Assembly: GCA_017645785.1 (NCBI GenBank) | Contig: JAGCNW010000030.1 | Location: 27,045 to 91,044, forward strand | Length of the DNA: 64,000 nucleotides | From: Treponema sp. | GTDB taxonomy: Bacteria; Spirochaetota; Spirochaetia; Treponematales; Treponemataceae | Direction: 5' to 3' | In this document: piece after piece, positions 57,763 through 64,000 of the stretch | How positions within the stretch are numbered: position 1 is the stretch's first letter | Layout of the letters: each line of letters opens with the position of its first letter | Notes under the pieces: model-generated | The model's database searches: none | What the model was told of the DNA's origin: nothing | The model's input: the letters and a program-made list of their open reading frames with translations, nothing else | Made by a program: the position numbers and the translations under genes

Positions 57763-57986
57763 GAAAGATAGTGACGCATAATCTGAACACTGATTTGATG
57801 TTGGTTTCAATGAAACACGGCGATTATTACTTAAACTTTACGGAATCGGGCGAATTCATAGAGCGGCTGAAAGCATTGGGGTTCGAGCCAAAGACTTTCA
57901 TAATCGACGACCCCAATAAATCCGACCGCGTTTGGTGGAAACAGTCGATTTATTACACGGAATGGCGGAAGGACGCACGGAAATAG
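57759..57986 (+). CDS. Small hypothetical protein (75 aa)
   Basis: ORF track. Confidence 0.45.
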   Translation: MRKIVTHNLNTDLMLVSMKHGDYYLNFTESGEFIERLKALGFEPKTFIIDDPNKSDRVWWKQSIYYTEWRKDARK

Positions 57987-57997
57987 GAGAGTCAAAA

Positions 57998-58144
57998 ATG
58001 AGCGAGAGAGAAATGAAAAAATGGGCTAAGGTTGGGCGGGATTTCATAAAGAACAACCCGATTTACGCGGCCATAGGCTTGGAGTTTTTGAACAAATTGA
58101 AAAAAGGCTTGGTTTCTGTGAATGGAGGCTCTTATGGACGATAG
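57998..58144 (+). CDS. Small hypothetical protein (48 aa)
   Basis: Track frame. Start at MSEREMKKW after TAGGAGAG. Confidence 0.35.
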   Translation: MSEREMKKWAKVGRDFIKNNPIYAAIGLEFLNKLKKGLVSVNGGSYGR

Positions 58145-58313
58145 GCTCTCGGAAGCGTTTGAAAGGTTTTCCATAATGACGATAGAAGGCAGGGTTTCGG
58201 ACGAAGTGGCGTTGAACTGCGTAAGAATAAAATACGGAAACGAGATAGGCGACAAATTGAGCAAACGCCTCCTTGAAACCGGACGGATAAGCGAAATGAA
58301 AGAAATGAAGTAG
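58134..58313 (+). CDS. Small hypothetical protein (59 aa)
   Basis: Track frame. Start at the ATG after GGAGG. Confidence 0.4.
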   Translation: MDDRLSEAFERFSIMTIEGRVSDEVALNCVRIKYGNEIGDKLSKRLLETGRISEMKEMK

Positions 58314-58510
58314 CCAATCGCTTTAAAAAGGCGCTGCAACAAACCGCTTGGAAACTATTCATCGGAACACAATCCCTCCGTTCCGACCATAATTTCCCTT
58401 TTTCTGTTTTCAGGCGGTTTATTGGAGCGCTTTCAACGGCGTTCAAACTAAGAATTTGTCGGCGAAGGAGATAGACCAAAGCGTGAAAGCGGACGCTTAA
58501 GAGGGGAAAT

Positions 58511-58798
58511 ATGCGAAAAGGAACTTGGAAGGACAGCCTTTGGGAACGGTTCGACATAGGGGACAGAAAGAAGAAGTATGACCTTGTGTTCGAGGGAAAC
58601 AACAAGCAAGGGGCTGTGGCTATAGTCAACGAATTGGTCTTGAAGCGGTTCGGAGCGGCGGACGAAATGAACGTCTTTGTGAGCGAGAAGGAAATGGCGA
58701 TTGTGGTTTGCGGCTGTTTGGTCGGATACGCTGGGCCTAATCCGAAAGGAAAACGGCGCGGCTTAATTGGATTGGTTAGAAAAACAAAGGGGGAATAA
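58511..58798 (+). CDS. Hypothetical protein (95 aa)
   Basis: ORF track. Confidence 0.5.
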   Translation: MRKGTWKDSLWERFDIGDRKKKYDLVFEGNNKQGAVAIVNELVLKRFGAADEMNVFVSEKEMAIVVCGCLVGYAGPNPKGKRRGLIGLVRKTKGE

Positions 58799-58803
58799 AA
58801 AAA

Positions 58804-59253
58804 ATGGAAAGGTTGAGTTGGCACGATTGGTGCGACAAGGTTGTGTCGGAGGGCTTCGGCTCTATGGTATTCTTAAAGGATTTGCTTGAGAGCGGAAAAG
58901 TCACAATTGACGATTGGAAGTCGAGCGTGGCGAAGAATTTGGAGGCTCACGGACATATAGGCAAGTTTGACTTGGATAGATTGAACACCGAGACCTTGAA
59001 CGAGTGCGTGAACAGGTCTGGCTGGTATGCGATTGACAGACGGCTCAAGGAAAAGGAACTCCACGACCAAAAGATTGAGAGAAAGGCCGAGAATATCTTG
59101 AAGCCAATCGAAGCCGCCATCGAAAAGCGCGAGAAGGAGAAGCGGGAGGTCGCCGATTTGGTCGCCAAAAGAAAGGCTCTGCTTGAAGCAAAGGCTAGGG
59201 GAGAGGAGCCTTTTAAGAAACCAAAGGTTGTTGTCGTAAGGAAAAAGGTTTGA
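58804..59253 (+). CDS. Hypothetical protein (149 aa)
   Basis: ORF track. Confidence 0.5.
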   Translation: MERLSWHDWCDKVVSEGFGSMVFLKDLLESGKVTIDDWKSSVAKNLEAHGHIGKFDLDRLNTETLNECVNRSGWYAIDRRLKEKELHDQKIERKAENILKPIEAAIEKREKEKREVADLVAKRKALLEAKARGEEPFKKPKVVVVRKKV

Positions 59254-59254
59254 T

Positions 59255-59467
59255 ATGTGCGGTTGCGTAATATGCCGATACCGTAGGGGCGAAATTAAGA
59301 AATGGAAATGCAAGTTAACGCTGAGACTCCAACTTTTGAAATACAAACTGCTGTCGCTTGTTGACGCCGTGTATTGGAGATTCGCCCATAAAGAGCCTTT
59401 TATGGCGTCCGTCACAGCGGACGAAATCTATTGCTTTTTGGCGGATATGGACTTGGACAAGGAATAA
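59255..59467 (+). CDS. Small hypothetical protein (70 aa)
   Basis: ORF track. Confidence 0.4.
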   Translation: MCGCVICRYRRGEIKKWKCKLTLRLQLLKYKLLSLVDAVYWRFAHKEPFMASVTADEIYCFLADMDLDKE

Positions 59468-59487
59468 AATCTGCCGATAAATGAATT

Positions 59488-60132
59488 ATGAAGTGGTTGC
59501 GAAATCGAATTGACTTATTGAGAAACGACAAGGAATTGTCGCTGATTATGTTCCTGCACATTCTTTTAATCGGGCTTCACGTCTACGAAAACTATGTCGG
59601 CAACATAGAATACCATTGGCACTTGCGGGCGGGAGGTTGCGGACTGATAGCCCTTTGTATTTTCCTTTTCGGAAGAAAAGGGCTGTCGTTCGCCTTGGTC
59701 GTGTTTTCGTGCGCGTTGGTCTACATAAACAACTTCTACAACTACGCCACGATATTCTTTATGCTCGTGGCTATGGGAGCGAACCCGAAGATAAGGAAAG
59801 CCGCCCCTTGGATTTACTTGGCTAACGTTTTCGTCGCCTATTCCTTGAAGCGGCTGGGCATAACGCCGTTCATAATCCATATCGTCTACTGCGTTATGTT
59901 CTACACGAAGGTCAACTATGTTTTCGCTGTCCACAAGCCGGAAAAACTGAACCTTACTGACAGCGAAAGACAGATAATGGACTTGAAGTTGCAGGGCAAA
60001 CAGCAGAAAGAAATAGACCTGTATTCTCAACAGACTATCTCCGCAAAGATGAAGTCGGCAAGGGAACGAAATCTCTGCGAAACGACAGAGGAACTTATGG
60101 CTAAATACGCCAAGGAGAAAGAAAATGTCTGA
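59488..60132 (+). CDS. Membrane-embedded protein with C-terminal LuxR/GerE-type HTH
   Basis: Four to five hydrophobic segments, then LTDSERQIMDLKLQGKQQKEIDLYSQQTISAKMKSARERN. Confidence 0.55.
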   Translation: MKWLRNRIDLLRNDKELSLIMFLHILLIGLHVYENYVGNIEYHWHLRAGGCGLIALCIFLFGRKGLSFALVVFSCALVYINNFYNYATIFFMLVAMGANPKIRKAAPWIYLANVFVAYSLKRLGITPFIIHIVYCVMFYTKVNYVFAVHKPEKLNLTDSERQIMDLKLQGKQQKEIDLYSQQTISAKMKSARERNLCETTEELMAKYAKEKENV

Positions 60133-60412
60133 CGAACTTTATAAATCATTTGTTACTATGCTTTGGTATCAAAACTACGAAGAAGTAATACTGAATATGT
60201 TGTCTAAACAAGAAAAGGATGGGATAATTCCATACGATGATAAAAACGGATTCTCAGAAGAAGTATGGTCTGTATTAGTTTTAATGTTTGGAGAATATGG
60301 AGTTGCACCAAGATACGGTTGGATAGAAAAGGTGACAGAGTTTAAGACGTTCTTACAAAAAGTATACACAGATATGACAAAAGATGATTATTCAGGGGAG
60401 AAAGAAGAATGA
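60125..60412 (+). CDS. Hypothetical protein (95 aa)
   Basis: ORF track. Looks AT-rich. Confidence 0.45.
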   Translation: MSDELYKSFVTMLWYQNYEEVILNMLSKQEKDGIIPYDDKNGFSEEVWSVLVLMFGEYGVAPRYGWIEKVTEFKTFLQKVYTDMTKDDYSGEKEE

Positions 60413-60876
60413 GGAATGATGGACGCTATCAAGGAAAAAGAGCAATGAGCGAAGTTAAGCATAAATTATTCAATGAGGGTTTTGTATACTTTATGTGGAA
60501 CCCCATTCTAAAAGGTCGCAAGTGTTTTTGTTCTGAGAAAATCTCTGATTTAATTCAGCAAATTGAGAATAACAATGTCTCAAAATTATGCGAGATTGAC
60601 GGATTTAACAAAGAAGGCTTTGATTGCTGCGATTCCAACAAAGAGAAGCATAAAAATAATTTTGTGTATTTTGACCCGTTGTATGACATAAAGGTTGGCG
60701 TTCTTAATGGCGAGCAAATACAAGTTCGTTATAAAGATAACGATTACTGGGTAGACACAGATACACCAGAGAATTATTTAGATTATTACGATGACGACTT
60801 TGAATTAAGGGTAAAACCAAAAAAAAACGATTCAAGCGACGATTCAAGGCCAATTCAAGCCGGTTCAAGTTGCTAA
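60409..60876 (+). CDS. Hypothetical protein (155 aa)
   Basis: ORF track. Looks AT-rich. ATGA-coupled. Confidence 0.45.
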   Translation: MRNDGRYQGKRAMSEVKHKLFNEGFVYFMWNPILKGRKCFCSEKISDLIQQIENNNVSKLCEIDGFNKEGFDCCDSNKEKHKNNFVYFDPLYDIKVGVLNGEQIQVRYKDNDYWVDTDTPENYLDYYDDDFELRVKPKKNDSSDDSRPIQAGSSC

Positions 60877-60924
60877 ATAACTGAACCCAAGCGATAATAC
60901 GCCTAGAAACCAAGGAGGTGTATT

Positions 60925-61059
60925 ATGACTAAGCAAGAGTTCAACGCCCTATGGGAATACGCTATGGAGTTGGAGCGGACTGAGAAAGGCTCAAAGCTCT
61001 ACAACGAAGTCAAGGAACTTCTCCTTAAAGAAGCAAAGGAGATTTGCCGTGCTGACTAA
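60925..61059 (+). CDS. Small hypothetical protein (44 aa)
   Basis: Own translation. AAGGAGG upstream. Confidence 0.35.
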   Translation: MTKQEFNALWEYAMELERTEKGSKLYNEVKELLLKEAKEICRAD

Positions 61060-61306
61060 AAGAAACCTGCTGAACAAGGCTATGCCTTTGTTCTCCTTGT
61101 CCAACTCGCAATGGGAGGCTGTGAGCCGCCATTTGGAGAAAATAGAGAGTTCCGACGGAGCGGATATGGAGCTTTACAACGCCTTGCGGACTCTCCAAAC
61201 CAACCAAGCCAAAATTGAGATTATGGACGAGTATTGCGACTATTACGGCAGGAATTTGGACGACCCTGTAAGGGAGGAAGGCATAAGCGGATTGGTTATA
61301 TCGTAG
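61049..61306 (+). CDS. Hypothetical protein (85 aa, GTG start)
   Basis: ORF track. Confidence 0.4.
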   Translation: MLTKRNLLNKAMPLFSLSNSQWEAVSRHLEKIESSDGADMELYNALRTLQTNQAKIEIMDEYCDYYGRNLDDPVREEGISGLVIS

Positions 61307-61371
61307 CCCCAATTAAAGACGGCTTTTTTTGGGGTTACAATCGCCTTACTTTAGATACGAGAGGTTTTCTT

Positions 61372-62025
61372 ATGCCCGCTAAAATCAAGCCGCTTTGCGC
61401 GAACTGCTTTTACTGCGTCCACGACGTCGAAAGGCCTGTCCCTAGGTTCTTCCGCAAGCCCATTTTCTATCCCGGACTTTTTTGCGGAAACAAGATTTAC
61501 GAAAAGGTTGACTATGTTTTCGGCAATACCGCTATGCCTTGGTGCGAGGAAATCAACGACAAAGGACAATGCCCCTCGTTTGAGATAAGACCCGCCATTC
61601 CGCCCGAAACTATCGCTTGGGACAAGGACGCGGAAACCGTCGAGATTGAAAGCACGGACAAGCCCTATTACTCCGTTGACGGAGAGAACTTCGTCGAATA
61701 CACAGGGCCGTTCCACGCGTCGGAAGGAACCCAAGTTTCGGCTTACTGCGTGTTCGGAACAAAAATAGTCGACGGCGAGGAAGTGGAGAACAAATCCGAC
61801 ACAATAGTTTTTGTTTGCGAGGACTACAATGATGACGACGGAAACAACGGCGGAGAGCCTGCTGGCGATGGAGAGGCTGGCGAAAACAACGGAACCGACC
61901 AAGGCGGCGAAAGTGGTGATGGAGACACTTCTTCAACTGGCTCTGGAACAGAAGGAGAAGGCTCTGAAAACGCTCAAGGCGGCGGAGAGGGCGGAGAAGG
62001 CGGTCAAGGAGTTCCTGAGCCGTAA
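61372..62025 (+). CDS. Hypothetical protein with Cys-rich N-terminus and Gly/Glu/Asp-rich low-complexity tail
   Basis: Track frame, start at ATG 61372. CANCFYCVHD...FCGNK...WCEE...CPSFE, then GGEPAGDGEAGENNG...GGGEGGEGGQG. Confidence 0.5.
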   Translation: MPAKIKPLCANCFYCVHDVERPVPRFFRKPIFYPGLFCGNKIYEKVDYVFGNTAMPWCEEINDKGQCPSFEIRPAIPPETIAWDKDAETVEIESTDKPYYSVDGENFVEYTGPFHASEGTQVSAYCVFGTKIVDGEEVENKSDTIVFVCEDYNDDDGNNGGEPAGDGEAGENNGTDQGGESGDGDTSSTGSGTEGEGSENAQGGGEGGEGGQGVPEP

Positions 62026-62576
62026 TGACTAAAAGCGAGTTCGCGAAAGCCCTTGGATTCACAAAGCAAGGGACATACAAGTGTTTTGTCAGAGCCGAGA
62101 AAATAATGCCTTCCTTGGCGGAAAAAAGAAACTTCGGCCATAAATATTGGGTTGACTACACAAGGGAAGAGATAAACGCCGTCCTTTCCGTTATGAACAA
62201 AGGCAAGGGAGCGACCCTTGAGCAAAGGGAAAAAATCGACAATGTGTTCAAGGTTCGGAAAGAGGGCAAAGTCCACGCTTTCGCTAAAAGCGGAAGGTAT
62301 GAATACTACAACGGCGACATTGTTCTAAAAGGGACGAACAAGTTCCTTGAGAATCCAGACAGAAAATGCTGCTCAACCTGCGCTTATTGCAAGGAAGTCG
62401 AGCGGGTTGTCAAAGTCAATAAAATCGTGTCGCCTTTCTGCTCAATCTACAATAGGTTCTGCGAGTATATGGGAAACGTTTACGAGGACTACTGCGCCCA
62501 ATGGGAGCAAGGAAAAGTCCGCTATTGGAAGAAGAACAACGGCTCGCTCACGGACTTGCCTTGGTCTCACGCCTAA
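62025..62576 (+). CDS. Hypothetical protein with N-terminal HTH-like segment and Cys-rich C-terminus
   Basis: MTKSEFAKALGFTKQGTYKCF, then CCSTCAYCKE...FCSIYNRFCEY...YCAQWE. Confidence 0.5.
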   Translation: MTKSEFAKALGFTKQGTYKCFVRAEKIMPSLAEKRNFGHKYWVDYTREEINAVLSVMNKGKGATLEQREKIDNVFKVRKEGKVHAFAKSGRYEYYNGDIVLKGTNKFLENPDRKCCSTCAYCKEVERVVKVNKIVSPFCSIYNRFCEYMGNVYEDYCAQWEQGKVRYWKKNNGSLTDLPWSHA

Positions 62577-64000
62577 AAGAAAAACATGCAGTCTCCGCAA
62601 CTTTCAACTTTTTGACCATAAAAATTTTCCAAAGAGTAAGAGTTTTTTGCCATGCAGCATGGAGACACAGTGTTGTTGTAACAGTTGAAGTTCCAAACCG
62701 TCTTGTATTTTTTACAACACGCTTGGCAATATTCCAATCCCTTTTCTCGATATGTTTCATACCAATTAAGGTTTATTCTATTCTCTAACGGAAACAGTTT
62801 TCGCCATTCCCATTCAATATTCGCCAATGTTTTTATGTCGTCAATGTCCAAGTCATATTCTTTTCCAGCTCCGTGGCAACTTAAAAGAATTATGTTGTTG
62901 CTTAAATCGCTGTTCGCGCTTAAAAAACTGTCCAATAAGTGTATGTCTTTTTTTGTCACGACAAGTTTTATTATGGCTGTTTCTGGCAGACCGCTTATTC
63001 TTTCACAATTAGTCCAATCTGTTATATGGCAATGCAAGACTGCTTTGTGGTCATTCCAAAGCAAGGAGTTTTTGTTAAAGCCATTGGTGAACACGTGATA
63101 ATCGTCATATTGCGCCAATCTTTTTTGTATCTTGGAAACCAAACCGTCAGACCAAAGCGTAGGCTCGCCCCCCAACAGTTGAACTTGCGGGTGATGACCA
63201 ATTAAACTCTCACATTTTGTAAGGGCTTTGTCGAAATTAAAGAACATTTCGTCCTCTGTTAAAAACCGGACTCCTTCGCGTTCTTTTTTTTGACAGCAAT
63301 ACTCGCAATTTTTATTACACTTCAAGTCCAAAACAAAGCTCGCCACGACTTTACGCGAGTTCCTGTTTATCAAATCCCCCATTATATAATAAGGAATTGA
63401 GCCTCCTTTCAAAGAGTTTATCTCCAATCCAGCGAGACCATTAAAAAAACTATGCAGGCTTTCCTTTTTTACGGGAACCTCCAACGACATCATAAAATCA
63501 CCCACTTCTTTGTCGATGAAAAAGGGGGTTTCTTTGTATTTTTTTTGGATTACAGGAAGCCACTCGTTCAAAGCCTCAAACATAGAATCGAAGAACGGCT
63601 GTTTTTTTGTCAATCCATTCGGACATTCTTTATAAAGGGATTTAGTGTCGAGCGTGGTCGAGATTTTGTATTTTTGTTGGTCAAGAAGCCTTAACATAAT
63701 GTCCGTGTCTTCAAAACCGTCCTTATACCTTTCGTTGAATCCGCCAAGCTCTTTGAAAGCCGTTTTGTGAAAAAGGCAGGTGAAATTTTGGTTGATGAAA
63801 AAGTTTTCTTTTCTTTCTTCTCGGCTGAAATTAGCGTCGCCGTCTAAAAACTCTTTTCTTTCCAAAGCTTCCTTTGTAAAGACTTGGGCGGGAAACACTA
63901 CGCTCGCTTCTTCGTTATAACAGACTTCAAGAAAATTGTCCGCCAACTCGTCGTCTGCGTCCAAGAACACAAAGTATTCTGTTGGGCAGAGTTCAGCCAA
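62573..64000 (-). CDS. Partial CDS (N-terminus beyond the window): family-2 glycosyltransferase fused to a radical SAM / SPASM-like domain
   Basis: FVFLDADDEL (DxD) and GGFNERYKDGFEDTDIMLRL (GT2). Then LKCNKNCEYCC (CxxxCxxC) and LLGGEPTLW (radical SAM). The C-terminal Cys cluster is CQACCKK..NCYNN..SPCC..CGDC. Looks AT-rich versus the rest of the window. Confidence 0.65.
   Translation of the reverse strand: MAELCPTEYFVFLDADDELADNFLEVCYNEEASVVFPAQVFTKEALERKEFLDGDANFSREERKENFFINQNFTCLFHKTAFKELGGFNERYKDGFEDTDIMLRLLDQQKYKISTTLDTKSLYKECPNGLTKKQPFFDSMFEALNEWLPVIQKKYKETPFFIDKEVGDFMMSLEVPVKKESLHSFFNGLAGLEINSLKGGSIPYYIMGDLINRNSRKVVASFVLDLKCNKNCEYCCQKKEREGVRFLTEDEMFFNFDKALTKCESLIGHHPQVQLLGGEPTLWSDGLVSKIQKRLAQYDDYHVFTNGFNKNSLLWNDHKAVLHCHITDWTNCERISGLPETAIIKLVVTKKDIHLLDSFLSANSDLSNNIILLSCHGAGKEYDLDIDDIKTLANIEWEWRKLFPLENRINLNWYETYREKGLEYCQACCKKYKTVWNFNCYNNTVSPCCMAKNSYSLENFYGQKVESCGDCMFFF

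Noticed and set aside
1-64000. Search by eye for CRISPR arrays, tRNA or tmRNA genes, rRNA, integrase or attachment sites, and IS elements.
   Set aside because: - No regularly spaced direct repeats were found.
- No GGTTCGA-type T-arm occurs outside coding sequence.
- No tyrosine or serine recombinase motif was seen.
- A tRNAscan/Infernal run would be needed to be certain, so prophage boundaries cannot be called.

Overview
The window reads as one contiguous piece of a tailed dsDNA phage genome (lytic phage, prophage or phage-plasmid). By eye I saw no host housekeeping genes, rRNA, tRNA, CRISPR array or integrase.

Layout:
- 1-10565 (minus): virion and packaging module. It holds small and large terminase, portal, an intein-interrupted CHAP lysin, a Mu-F-like head protein, scaffold, capsid, head-tail adaptor and the start of a tail-terminator-like gene.
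- 10567-41624 (plus): long early/middle region behind a near-consensus sigma70 promoter. It holds NadR-like and PnuC-like NAD salvage genes, two large non-coding repeat or hairpin regions, two amidoligase paralogs flanking a GAT-II-like gene, a tandem paralog array, a ComM-like pseudo-ATPase, RadC-like protein, ERF plus exonuclease, dUTPase, a nicotinamidase-like gene, a ThyX-like gene and a GIY-YIG endonuclease.
- 41621-45174 (minus): an RHH-like gene plus a single-polypeptide Mre11/SbcD-Rad50/SbcC fusion.
- 45301-50979 (plus): HNH-like protein and membrane/lysis-like genes, including two fully overlapping ORFs and a class-3 lipase.
- 50965-55551 (minus): SSB, beta clamp, DUF1064, a secreted protein and an XRE repressor.
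- 55617-62576 (plus): strong promoter, about 750 nt of ORF-poor hairpin-rich leader, an arginine-rich protein and small genes.
- 62573-64000 (minus): a truncated GT2/radical-SAM/SPASM fusion.

Best candidates for something new:
- the duplicated amidoligase plus GAT-II cluster;
- the dispersed NAD salvage set (NadR, PnuC, PncA-like);
- the intein at the CHAP catalytic cysteine;
- the fused Mre11-Rad50;
- the immunity-like region with a lambda boxB-like hairpin;
- the GT2-rSAM fusion.

All family calls rest on motifs recognised by eye and from memory. No searches or folding were run. GC statements are visual impressions.
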